Under the pieces are notes generated by a model that worked only from the letters and a program-made list of their open reading frames with translations, made no database searches and had not been told where the DNA came from. This document shows, piece after piece, positions 1-12,116 of a DNA stretch of 44,600 bases. Each line of letters starts with the position of its first letter. Position 1 is the stretch's first letter. Both the position numbers and the translations under genes were made by a program. This DNA is from Octopus bimaculoides. Its lineage: Eukaryota. The stretch covers positions 2,505,700 to 2,550,299 of the forward strand of contig NC_068983.1 of NCBI RefSeq assembly GCF_001194135.2, in the 5' to 3' direction.

Positions 1-106
1 CAGGGCCCCACCCATGCCAGGTTCCTTAACTACCCGTTCTATGATGTAGCGCATCAGATGGAGGTTGTCATGGATATATATATATGTCTGTCTATATGTA
101 TGCATA

Positions 107-300
107 GGCACAGGCGTGGCTGTGTGGTAAGAAGTTTGCTTCCCAACTACATGGTTCCGGGTTCAGTTTCACAGCGTGGCAACTTAGCAAGTGTCTTCTA
201 CTATAGCCTCAGGCCGACCATACCCTTGTGAGTGGATTTGATAGACAGTTACTGAAGAAATGTTCTCTATGTGGCCTGTCTGTGTTCCTGTGTGTTCCTA
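107..300 (+). mobile_element. tRNA-derived SINE, family A, 5' portion
   Basis: A-box-like TGGCTGTGTGGT (117-128) and B-box-like GGTTCAGTTTC (160-170), then CAAGTGTCTTCTACTATAGCCTCAGGCCGACC...TGTGAGTGGATTTG, collinear with the copy at 31479. Confidence 0.85.
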
Positions 301-380
301 CCGTTGTCCGAAAAAGAGTTTGCTTTCCGTGCTTTGTTTTTGTTCTCGTTTTTCATTTTGTCCACGTTTTTTTGTGACGT

Positions 381-455
381 CACTTGCCCATGATGCCATA
401 AAGTGGGACAGAACCCGGAACCATGTAGTTGGGAAGCAAGCTTCTTACCACACAG
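381..455 (-). mobile_element. SINE family A, head-only fragment
   Basis: Reverse complement of 411-455 matches 120-164 at 44 of 45 nt; similarity continues to CACTTGCCC at 381. Confidence 0.85.
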
Positions 456-920
456 TTTTACAACGTTAGCATAACGCTGGTGTAATTCATTTTGTTTTCT
501 CACGTTTGTTGTTTTTGATAATGGGATCGTCAATTCTACCGTTGGCTTCCATTCGATTCCCATAAACACAGCAAGTGTTGTAGCGTCTTATGCATACATC
601 GTGTTTTATTACAACCTCTAATATTCTGCTCTGTGCTTTGGTCTATTAATTTATTGAAACAACTGCTGTTCATGGGAGGATCTCTTTATATTTTTTTTTC
701 CCTGCTTTATTTGTGGAGGATAAATGCTCCGCTATCTCCTAATTTCATTTCTGCCATTTTGTGTCTCTGTGAATATTCGCTATCTCCAGCGAATATCCAT
801 GCATATATTAGTATCGTTGACGTAAGAGGACGTCATGTATCTGTTATTTTCTATTTGGATATTTACTTCTCAAAATGGCGTTTGTTCCGAACGTTGAATT
901 TACTACAGATATGTAAAACT

Positions 921-1141
921 TTTACTACTTGTCTTTTACTTCTCTCGGCCATTAGGCTGCGGCCATGCAGGGGCATCGCTTTGAAAAATCTTAGTCGAAC
1001 GAATCGACCCCAGTACATATTATTTTTCTTAAACTTGGTACTCACTGTGTTGATCTCTTTGCTGAACCGCTAAGTTACGTTGACGTAAATACACCAACAC
1101 TGGCTGTCAAGCACTGGTGGGGACAAACAGACACAAAAGCA

Positions 1142-1177
<36 letters not shown>

Positions 1178-1306
1178 CATATATACGTATTCGGTGGGAT
1201 TCTTTTAGTTTCCCTCTACCAAATCACAAGGTTTTGGTCGAGCAGAGGCTATAGCTGGAGACATTTGCTCGAGGTAAAATGTGGTTGAGAAGGAAACTTC
1301 TTACCA
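921..1306 (-). mobile_element. SINE family A, near full length with internal (CA)n
   Basis: Reverse complement has head (TGGTAAGAAGTTTCCTTCTCAACCACAT), internal microsatellite, body (GACAGCCAGTGTTGGTGTATTTACGTCAACGTAACTTAGCGGTTCAGCAAAG) and tail, matching copies at 23507 and 31479. Confidence 0.85.
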
Positions 1307-1649
1307 AACGGCCCTAGATTTCTCTAAATTATACTTTAAACAAATCAGTGAAGCATGGAATGAATGAAGGACCCATGATTGAGCAGCCCTGGATGGCCCC
1401 TAGAACACAAAGTGACGACGAACGATAAATGTAGTCAACCGGCACATGCTGTTATCAAATGTGTCCCTGCATTTTTCTAACAAGTACAATGTGATCGACG
1501 GAAAATTTTCTTTCTATATCTAGCAAATAATGCAACCAGGTACAAGCTACATCGAAGTGCTTGCTCGCCAGAGGGCGTTTTATATTCCAGACTCAACATA
1601 TATTTATTTACTGGATGCTTCGTCAAAATATTCTACTTTCCTCCTTTCT

Positions 1650-1698
1650 CTCTCATTCTCTCTCTCTCTCTCTCACACACACTCACACACACACACTT

Positions 1699-1772
<74 letters not shown>
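1650..1772. repeat. Compound (CT)n/(CA)n microsatellite
   Basis: Direct reading. Confidence 0.95.
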
Positions 1773-1775
<3 letters not shown>

Positions 1776-1839
1776 TTAAATATAGATAGACAGAGAGACA
1801 AATAGACAGAAAGTCAGACAAACAAAGCAACAGGTAGAC

Positions 1840-1925
1840 AGATGTATATTATGGCATATCTTTCTCGCCTACGCTCTAAGGAATAGAGTTTCAATCTCTT
1901 GAGTATTTCAAAGAAACCTGAAGAT
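1840..1925 (-). mobile_element. CR1/L2-like LINE ORF2 fragment, inverted segment
   Basis: Minus-strand translation LKRLKLYSLERRRERYAIIYI fits the post-RT motif L..L.L.SLE.RR.R..LI..Y typical of CR1-clade ORF2. Confidence 0.75.
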
Positions 1926-2040
1926 GCTATGCACTTGCAATGAGAGTTGAATGAAATATACAAGTGAGCTGAAAAGAATAGCATGCAGTTTAAAGCTGAA
2001 TGTTTCAAGCTTTATGCTATCAGCATGTAAAATTAAATAT

Positions 2041-2305
2041 CCTCCCGAAGGACCTGAGAGACCTGCGTGGGATGGATGTGTCTTCAAAACGAAGCTAGAC
2101 ATCTTGCTGTCAAGTGTCCCAGACGAACCAACTTCACAGCAGGACGTACAGATGAGGGCAGCGGCATCAAACTCCCTCCTGTACCAAACGTCAATTTCTA
2201 AAAAGAATTACTGAAGCAAACTTATGTAACAACACCAAATGGCGGTGCCCCAGCTTAGCCAAAGCTCATGAGCTGAAACTAGATTGAACCAAATCAAATT
2301 AATTC
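2041..2305 (+). mobile_element. CR1/L2-like LINE 3' end (ORF2 C-terminus plus 3' UTR)
   Basis: LPKDLRDLRGMDV then, after a frameshift, FKTKLDILLSSVPDEP: the LP...FK..LD terminal motif of CR1-type ORF2. Stop at 2212-2214, then a short tail with a stem-loop (AGCTCATGAGCT) and an A-rich end. Confidence 0.75.
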
Positions 2306-2330
2306 AATATATGTTGCGCCTAGTAGAAAA

Positions 2331-2380
<50 letters not shown>

Positions 2381-3078
2381 CTCATGCATATCTAAACGGT
2401 ATGAACCTAATCTGGTGTTACTCTAATCTAATAACAAGGAGATCAGAAGCAAAAGCTGTAATGTAAAATACATGATTGGTTTCTTTAAACATTCCAATAC
2501 ACGCGCGCACGCACGCGCACGCACGCGCACGCACACAAAGACACGCACACACAAACACACTCACATACACTGATATATAAAACCGTGTACCTACAATCAC
2601 AAAACCACATAGTTTTATAACCACTATATGTATCTGTGTGTGTGGGCGTAGGTGTGTGTGCGCGTGTGTGTGTGTGGGTAATTGATATAAACATGCATGC
2701 ACACTCACACGCAACCACACATACAACCATACACACACAGCGTTCACCACCACCCACCTACGCATTTCGATAATAAAGTTATTGTATTGGAGATTGATCT
2801 TGAAAGAAACGTATTGATGGCAGAAGGTCGAAAATGGTGGGTGGTGGTGGTGGTCGTCGTCGTCGTCGTCGTGGTGGTGGATCGGAGAAGAGAGGTGTGA
2901 TAAAGTGACATGGCTTCAAACACCCTATTACATAAACATGTACACAAGTGCAACCACATTAATCTTCTAGAAGACAACTTACAAGGTAAATATTGACATT
3001 CACTAACAGCAAAACACACAGATATACACACCTATCATGCAAATATTATATAAATGAATATATATATATATATAATCC

Positions 3079-3395
3079 TTTACTTGTTTCGATCATTGGA
3101 TAGCGACCATGCTGGGGCACCGTTTTCAAGAATTCTACGTCAAATGGGTCGAATTCAGTACTTTTTCTTAATCCTGGTTCTTATTCTACCGAAATCTATG
3201 GCCGAACCGCAAGGTCACGTGGACGTAAACACACCAACACCTGTTGTCAAACGATAGTAGGGGACAGACAAAGGCATAAAGAAACACATACAAACGCAGA
3301 CGCAAAAACACACTCACACACGCACACACACGAGAACGCACAAACGCACACCACACACACGCACGCGTACAAGGCTGGGAATCTTTTATCCGAAA
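3079..3395 (-). mobile_element. SINE family A, 3' half
   Basis: GACCATGCTGGGGCACCG...GAACCGCAAGGTCACGTGGACGTAAACACACCAACAC...GTCAAACGATAGTAGGGGACA is the reverse complement of the body and tail at 23540-23736. Confidence 0.85.
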
Positions 3396-4357
3396 TTCTA
3401 ATATCAAAAATAACCTCTAAATTCCGAAAGATTATTGAACGCTGACATGACACGCTACAAACGGGAAATTGGCCTAAATCCTGGGAACATTCTAACCAAT
3501 ACAACTGTTGTGTGCCGTGCTGACACATGCGTTTCTAAGTAGCGAACATCACGTTTTCTTGTTGTTGTTGTTGTTGTTGATTCATCACAAAACATTCTTA
3601 CGTGTGATCTGGATATCACCCGAATGCATGAGTGTAACATGACAAGTGTCATTACTTGTGCATTTAAAATTGAAATCCTGACATTTCTTTACTCCAGTTT
3701 TTCTTTTATTTACCAGGAATCAAGTTCAAAGCTTTATTTCTGCACCCACCTTTCATAAAACCTAATACCTGTCGAGTGAAATATAAAATTCGAATGCCAA
3801 ATCTGTTCTGTAACCTTTTAATGAAAGCATGACGTCACAGGTGGAGACTGATATCTTGGCTTTCTTAAGATATCATGAATAAAATTCATTAAAATTCAAG
3901 ACATTAAGTTCTGAGTCTATGAATAAGAGATATTATGAAATATAAATAAGTATTGTATTTAGATATGGATCCCGTCACCAACATGTCCCCTTTTGGTGAT
4001 GTAGATAATAAAAATACTCCAAAATCTAACGGAGGCTCTACTCTATGTGTGTGTGTGAGATAGAGAGAGTATGTGTGTATATGAGTGTATGTGTGTGTCC
4101 ATGTGTTTGTGTGTGCGTGTATCTGTGTGTGTGTACGTGTTTAACCCACATACATATAAACGTATATATACATATATATCAGTTGAATAAGGTCAAAACA
4201 CGGTCTGGTTTTCACGCTTTTTACTATGGTATTTTAACGTTAAAAATATATTTTGTAATGCTCATGAAGTTAAATTAGCGCTTTCATGCATAGAGTAATT
4301 ATCACATTCCAAATGTGCTTAACTGACAGTTGAGTTCTTGACAACTTTAGTACCTCT

Positions 4358-4391
<34 letters not shown>

Positions 4392-4854
4392 NNNNNNNNN
4401 NNNNNNNNNNNNNNNNNNNNNNNNNNNNNNNNNNNNNNNNNNNNNNNNNNNNNNNNNNNNNNNNNNNNNNNNNNNNNNNNNNNNNNNNNNNNNNNNNNNN
4501 NNNNNNNNNNNNNNNNNNNNNNNNNNNNNNNNNNNNNNNNNNNNNNNNNNNNNNNNNNNNNNNNNNNNNNNNNNNNNNNNNNNNNNNNNNNNNNNNNNNN
4601 NNNNNNNNNNNNNNNNNNNNNNNNNNNNNNNNNNNNNNNNNNNNNNNNNNNNNNNNNNNNNNNNNNNNNNNNNNNNNNNNNNNNNNNNNNNNNNNNNNNN
4701 NNNNNNNNNNNNNNNNNNNNNNNNNNNNNNNNNNNNNNNNNNNNNNNNNNNNNNNNNNNNNNNNNNNNNNNNNNNNNNNNNNNNNNNNNNNNNNNNNNNN
4801 NNNNNNNNNNNNNNNNNNNNNNNNNNNNNNNNNNNNNNNNNNNNNNNNNNNNNN

Positions 4855-4913
<59 letters not shown>

Positions 4914-5010
4914 ATGTATACATATATACTATGAAAGACGGTAGGGAATATTATTTTTGTATGGCGTAATGGATTGGTCGCTGTTTAGTTACATATTTAG
5001 GAGTTGATTG

Positions 5011-5168
5011 TAATTTACTTTCTCCTAAATCCTCTAAGAGGGTAAGAAGACAGACAAGCTAGATCTCTAACAGGTCTTTCCTGAATCCTTAGTAGCTTCT
5101 AAGCTGAAGTGAAGACAGTATGGTTTTTGTCTGTCTTCTTGGCTTCTCAGAGGAATTAGGTAAAATTA
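5011..5168. mobile_element. MITE-like element with imperfect ~35-45 bp terminal inverted repeats
   Basis: Left CCTAAATCCTCTAAGAGGGTAAGAAGACAGACAA (5024-5057) versus reverse complement of 5127-5160, CCTAATTCCTCTGAGAAGCCAAGAAGACAGACAA. Confidence 0.55.
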
Positions 5169-5431
5169 TACAAATGTGTCCGACTGATTCAATAAATTCT
5201 ATTTATTTTATTTATTTATGCAATTGAGGATAGCTCTGCATTTAAATTGATGTAATGATTGCATTGTTCAATTAAATGGAATCGCTTGAAACGATCGTAC
5301 TGCATCACTTCTGGATATCCTGCTTCTTATTTTGATTTTATTCACCTTATTTGAAACTGCACGGATAATTCCGCACTAATTTTCGGTGCCTCAACTTAAG
5401 TGACTAATTCATCTGAATCTCAGTTATTTTG

Positions 5432-5493
<62 letters not shown>

Positions 5494-5570
5494 TGTTTAT
5501 ATACATGCAAAATATGCATTCATACATTTACATATATATGAACATAAACAAATAGTGAAATAAACTGACA

Positions 5571-5867
5571 CAGTTATAATGACAAGTATTCCAGCTGATG
5601 CGATCAATGGAATAGCGTGCTCTTAAGATTAACATGCACGTGGCTGAGTACTCCACAGATGCGTACCTGTGAGATTCAATGTGAGACAGAGTGCGGGAAA
5701 AAAGGGGGCCTGGCCCTTTGAAATACAAGTGCAACGCATTTACAGCTGGCTAAGTGCACTGGAACAATGTGAAATAAATTAAAGACTCAACGCGCCGCCG
5801 GGAATCGAACTCACGACATTACGACCGAAAGCTGAATACCTTAACCACTAAGCTACGTGCCTTCACT
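5571..5867 (-). mobile_element. tRNA-derived SINE, family B
   Basis: Reverse complement starts AGTGAAGGCACGTAGCTTAGTGGTTAAGG (A box) ... GAGTTCGATTCC (B box); body GGCCCTTTGAAATAC and GTGGCTGAGTACTCCACAGA shared with 19556-19864. Confidence 0.85.
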
Positions 5868-7027
5868 ATACACATACATACATACATACATACATACATA
5901 CAGACAGACAGACATACCAACACACAACCATAGAAAATATACAAATATATATATTCATAAACAAACGTATAGATATATGTGCACATGTATATATACGTAC
6001 TCGTACACATATATACATGCATATACACATGCGCACATAGGCACAAATGCGAACACATGAGCGAATGTTTTTGAGCAAAACTGATTCTAGTGACTGGAAT
6101 TTCATCTTTCGAATTATCAATTTGTACAATCTGATAGCTGGTAAGAGAATACATCGACTATATTTAATGTAATCCCCGTTCCATGCGTGCGTATATATGT
6201 GTATGTATGTGTGCGCGTGTGTGAGTATGTGTCTGTATAGATATATATTTATGTATTATATACACACATATAGATGTGTTTATATAGATATGTTTAAGCA
6301 ATTATCTATACATATATGCATATACATGCATTTATGTATGCAACCAGATAGACATATATATACACATGCATTTATATACATATGTATATAGGTGCGTGTT
6401 GTATGCATGTATGTATGTTCTTGTACATACATACACATGCACGTGTGTGCATGTGTATGTATGTATCGTGATTGTTGTCTCGAAGATGCGTACCACAAAA
6501 ATATGAAGCTAAGTAATCGTATGACAGAAGATATTCCAATAATTCTATAGTAACATCCATAATCTTTGTTTTAAGACTAGAAAATAAATCAAAAGCACCA
6601 TTAATTCCAAGAACACCACACAAGCAGCCGCAGGCTTTTCTCAGATTTTTCCCCGTATTCCAATAGGATTACAACTGCAAGTACAATTGTTCTCTTTATC
6701 TTTAGTCCTTTGGGAAACCTTCTGCGCTGTGCCAATAAGTGATCAACATTGTAGAGTAACAAACGCATTAAATGTCAATCAATAGAGCTGCAAATTTGTC
6801 TTTATCACTATAGTCGAAACTACACTTGAGTGGATAGAGGTTACGTGTGTGACGTTAAAAAGATCAGCCCACTATCTTATGGAGCAGGACTCGCTCCTAC
6901 ATCGTGGTGGCTTTCACGAATAGCTATCAATTATATCCTTGGGTCGATTAATACGTTGTCTCCTGAATCTCGCTAACGTAAACCATTGAATATGTATGTG
7001 CGTGTGTGTTTGTGTGTGTGTGAGTAA

Positions 7028-7120
<93 letters not shown>

Positions 7121-7121
7121 T

Positions 7122-7547
7122 AAATACTTACCTGTAATTATTGAGGCTTTGTTATATGTAACACACTGCCTAAATACCAATCTTGAAAAATTAGGCTTCT
7201 CAAACCCAGAAAGAAGAAAGCTAATTCGAAGACTAAAGATCCATTCCATCAGTGGAACCATAAAAATCTGTAAAACTTTTCAGAAGTTTATCATTTAAAT
7301 ATATATGTGCACGTCTAGATATATAATCATATGCCTAAGAATACATACATAAAACATACAGACCTGCACATATACATACACACATACTTACAAGCATACA
7401 TACATACATACATACATACACACATACATACATACATACAAAAATACCCTGTTGTTAATGTTTAAATTCCAACGAAGGAGCCTTGGATCTAGGTTAGAAA
7501 CCGGTTCTTTCTCTATTGACAAGAAATTTTGAAATAAACTGAATAAA
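7122..7547 (+). mobile_element. R4/Dong-like (RLE) non-LTR retrotransposon 3' end, 5'-truncated
   Basis: YLPVIIEALLYVTHCLNTNLEKLGFSNPERRKLIRRLKIHSISGTIKICKTFQKFII* resembles the RLE C-terminal P.I.GALG...GT motif; 3' UTR (AAATACCCTGTTGTT...GAAGGAGCCTTGGATCT...TTGACAAGAAAT..TGAAATAAA) shared with 32790-32898 and 44368-44477. Confidence 0.8.
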
Positions 7548-8344
7548 ATAATATATATTCATACATATTCAAGAATGCATACGCACGCTAACATACACAA
7601 ATGCATACACATTTATATATCTGGAGACTGTACCAAACGAAAGAAAGAGGAGTGCTCTACAACACACGGTGGCGGTGATGGTGGTGGAGTGTTTGTAATT
7701 TCAGGGAAAATTGTGCTCTGCCTCTATCAAATCGAGCGACACACAGCAAAGTTTCGCTGTGTTAGTGTACATACATATAATTGTGCTTGTTTAACAATGA
7801 TGAACATCGATTTTCTCAGGTAAAACACATTACAATGAGTTTCCCAACAGTTATATATTTATTTGATAACAGCAGGAAAATAAGAGAGGACAGTTAATGA
7901 CCGATTGCTACAGTTAATGGCTGATTGCTATATTTTAAGGGAAATCTCGTGAGTTAAACTATTTCGATAAAGCAAAACAAAATGGAAGCAAACATGCTGA
8001 AAGATGAGTTAATAACAGAGAGGAGGGGGATGGACGATAGAAGAGGAGGGAAGGGGAGATGGGGAGGAGAGGAGAGGATAGGAGAGGAAGAGGGGTAGAG
8101 AGGGGAAGAGATAAAACGATTGAGAAAAGTTGAGAAATGTTGGAGGAATGAGGAAAAGGGGTTGATATATTTATGATAATAATAGTATTGAAGCTGAGCA
8201 TCAGGTGGTGGAGTGGGACCCAGGGTGGTTGGAAATGAATATAACACAAACTGTGAGAAAGCTGGCATTTCTCAAAGGGGTCTTGTCAGCTTTTTAACTT
8301 TTTAATATGTGCAATCCTTTATTCTGTTAATATTTCAGTTATAT

Positions 8345-8500
8345 TAATCCGGACAAAAAGCTTAGCGGCATTTCGCCAGTCATCATGTTCTGAGTTTAAA
8401 TTCGCACACCCAGACAAACAACAAGCTTTCACGCAGTTTCTGCCTAACATATTCACCTTTAAGGCATTGGTCATTCCATGGGCACTGCAGAAGGCGCTTA
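8345..8500. mobile_element. Old diverged SINE fragments: family C head (+, 8345-8405) and family A mid-part (-, about 8425-8500)
   Basis: AAGCTTAGCGGCATTTCG...GTTCTGAGTTTAAATTC matches the reverse complement of 17115-17170; the following stretch weakly matches the minus strand of family A. Confidence 0.5.
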
Positions 8501-8682
8501 TCCACACTCACACAAACATGCCTAGACACACGAGCACACGAGCACACCTATGCATACATAAATGTATGTATATATGTGTGCGTTTCTCTGCGTGTATTTA
8601 CATATATAGACATCTATCCATTCATTTATACATATGTACACTATTAATATATGCGTATGTATGTGTGTGTGTGTGAGAGAGA

Positions 8683-8714
<32 letters not shown>

Positions 8715-9458
8715 AACAGAGAGAGAGAGAGAGAGNNNNNNNNNNAGAGAGAGAGAGAGAGAGAAACAGAGAGAGAGAGAGAGAGAGAGATAAAGATAGA
8801 GAGCAGTGAGACAGAGAAAGAAGCTAAGTTCGTACCAGTGTTTATTTGTGCATGTATGTGCTGATGGCCGCTGCTATTCTAGCCGAAACACCTAGTCTCG
8901 AATGTCCTCTGGTCTTCTAAGAATACCGACTTTCCTTTAATCGGATCTTAATTCAGACAAGTTCTTCATTTATTGAGATTCTCTGCCCTTTTCGGTTGTT
9001 GTTTTGAATCGCCGCAAGGTGTTAGTTTATATCCTCAAAAAGTGAACAAATTAACAATCAATCACGAATTTATCACATAGCTGCTTACTCTTTAGACGAA
9101 CATGACCCTCACTGACAAGTGTTATGTGTCATCAGTACCCATGCGTGCGTTCTAAGTCGGGTGTAGCTTCACAGTTGCACATCGACTCTCACTAGGAATA
9201 CGAAGACACCCAGAGACAAGCGAAGTGTAATATATCAGGCTCAGTAGAGCGCTGGGTTTTAACACACAAGTCAGCCTTTTTCCGAGGGGAATGCCTTAAC
9301 AAGTATCAGAGGTCCTTCATTCGCAGTCACCCTACTGCGTTACCGAACGGAGTAGTATTTCTACACCGCTGCGCATGCCTGTCCGGAATACATATATACA
9401 TACATATAAACACGTTACTGGATGGCCGTTGACGCACTTGAGTTCCTCCGCGTGTGTA

Positions 9459-9462
<4 letters not shown>

Positions 9463-9535
<73 letters not shown>

Positions 9536-9574
9536 GTGTGAGTGTGCGCTAGTGTGTACATACATAGGTACACA

Positions 9575-9660
<86 letters not shown>
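9463..9660. repeat. (GT)n-(CA)n-(TA)n-(GT)n microsatellite mosaic
   Basis: Direct reading. Confidence 0.95.
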
Positions 9661-9664
<4 letters not shown>

Positions 9665-11879
9665 TGTATGTATGCGTGTGTGAATATATATAAATACAGA
9701 CAGACAGATAGATAGATAACAAATAATATTTTCTTAATATATGTTAACAGTGAAAATTAATGTTTGATAATTCATCTGAAATTTAATCCTTTATAATCCT
9801 CACCCAAACCATTGGCTGCGTTTCAACTGTAAAACACCGCAAACATATGTATTGAAAGGAAGTCGCGACAGAATACCGCCATTGCAGCAAACTAGCTTTA
9901 CAACACTTCTCTTCAAACATAAACGTATAATATTATCTTTACTCGTTAGAAGTATATGATATATCGATTTATTCTATGTACAAATATAAAGCTTTAGATC
10001 TAAACATATTCCATAAGGAAAACAATGAATATTTGATATATAACTACGCCATATTGCCAGTCAAACAACGTCATATTTGGGAAGTAAAACGTAATTATGT
10101 AGTCACGAATATGATGTTAAAATATATCAGAGAGAAGTTTGGATTTTGAAACGAGAATCTGCAGAAAGAAAAAAAAAATTCGGTAACAGTGTGGAAGAGT
10201 CAAGAAAAGGTTTCAATCCCCAATTGTGAAATATATTTAGTTGTTTTTTATTTTCTTCACAATATCCTCATTAAGAACTTATCGATGCCTTCATACCTCT
10301 CCTCACAGATGCGGATATTTGCGAAGAGTCAATATTGTACAAAAACAGCACAAAGTCTTCAGAGAAGAAGCTTCCCACATGCCAGAGCGTTGACCCTTAA
10401 AGGAGGTAAGGGATAAAACACTTGCATGAAGACCTTCTACTATTCAGCTCTCCCTAGACTTCCTTAATACCATAGAGAAATTTGGATTTCGAACTAAATG
10501 TTGCAAAGAAAATATTAAAAAGTAGCAATGAGGCAAGTCAATGACAAGATTTCACACTCACACCCACCTTTCCAGAAAATACCCCTTTTCGGAACCTATC
10601 AACGTCATAATTCTTTTCTTCATAGACTTGAATATTTGTGAGGGATAATAAAAACTGTACAAATTTGGTATACAGAAAGGACTAAACCGTTTTGATTTCA
10701 GTGAGGTCCCGAATCCCAGCTTATTGGATGTTATTGCCAACATCCCTGGACTTCATCATATTAAATCTTCCAGTCTTCTTAGTGACCGATAGAATATTCC
10801 GTAGAAACAGATAAAAAGAGTTGCATTCTTCCAATTCACACAAACACACACAATATTTTGTCTTAAAGTTTGTAAAGCTCTGACAACCTATAAATATTGA
10901 TAGAAGTCATTTGTAATGCTTATGATTTCGTAATGAGGATTTACATGGAAACAAAACTCTGTAGTCATCTATTTATCATACTTAATGTATAGACACCGTT
11001 GGCAAGTCTGATACTGGGGATTTTCTCCAACAGAAAATCTATTCATATATAAGAACCAGACAAATATCGTCCCAGCAATGATTCACGAGAATGTTAGACG
11101 TGTTTCGGCTTCTTTGATCGATGATCGGTACCTCCTCGCCAATCATGCACCGAAACGAAAGGCTTGGTGTATGCTATTGAAACAACATTCAATGAATACT
11201 GTTCCAGTTGCCACTAATGTTTGACAGGTGCCACAGTCATCATGCTTGGAAGTCAAAACAGATTTGTCGTTCTCGTCGGTCACTACATCACGCCTGTCAA
11301 TGATGTATATATATATTAATTATGATACGGGGGGAGGGGGGAATTTTAATTTAAATATGTCTCAAAAGCGAACACCGTTAATTCAATGATTATCTACAGC
11401 TGAGACTCGCTACACTGCCCATTAAAGCTTTTTCTCTGCAGCATTTGGTTTCAGAATCCACAGTTTTCTATGACAAAAGAAAACAATTCGAATTGTTTCT
11501 ATTGCTACGCCATCGTGTCTTATTTCAGGTAATGGCTTTGTTTAGCCATGAGTAGGCTGTAGTTGTATACTTCACAGCTACACTGACGTAACTTCCGCTT
11601 CTGAATTTGACATTTAAAGGCATCATTCACCAATATCTGTACGAGAACCTTTGAGTAAACTAATCCCTGTAACCGACTCCAACCGTTATACACAATGTGG
11701 TTCTGAAGTCTCCCACCATAAACCTCCACTACAGTCAGTGTTTCTGAGGTTCTCTCCAATCCACTTCCTGTAATCCCTTGGATAATCCAGGATTTCGATG
11801 AGGATCCTCCAGCCGATTTCTTTCTCATTTTAACGGTCAACGGTCTTTGACTTACACAAAACACTAAATACAATATTGT

Positions 11880-12116
11880 TCTGAGCCCCAGGAATCAGAG
11901 AGCCAGTGGCCCGGCTTCCATGGCGTATAAGTATCCAATATCACGCTATTCCCCTTGAATAGAATGCCAATCCGTCGCAGGATTAAACGTTGACGACTGA
12001 ATGGAAAACGAAGAGTTTGGCTCAAGAACAAAACGCAGCGCTCGGGTTAAGAATCGAAACCTCGATCTTGCGATCGCGAGTGCAACGCTCTACCTACTTG
12101 GTCATGCACTTTCACA
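11880..12116 (-). mobile_element. tRNA-derived SINE related to family B (diverged)
   Basis: Reverse complement TGTGAAAGTGCATGACCAAGTAGGTAGAGCGTTGCACTCGCGATCGCAAG...GGTTTCGATTC...GCGTTTTGTTCTTGAGCC, collinear with heads at 25394 and 25739. Confidence 0.65.

Noticed and set aside
7120-7135. Strong minus-strand splice donor CAG/GTAAGT
   Set aside because: Lies at the 5' junction of the R4-like fragment; coincidental.
8025-8160. Purine-rich G-tracts (also 37090-37275) as G-quadruplex or H-DNA elements
   Set aside because: Generic low-complexity GA-rich sequence with no specific functional context.
10309-10405. Candidate 97-nt plus-strand exon (CCTCTCCTCACAG ... GAG/GTAAGG)
   Set aside because: The only open frame (MRIFAKSQYCTK...) resembles nothing I recognise and has no partner exons; splice-like pairs are common by chance.
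11095-11135. Minus-strand GCCGAAACACGTC, hammerhead 3' half
   Set aside because: No CUGANGA core or stem II partner upstream; too degenerate to call.
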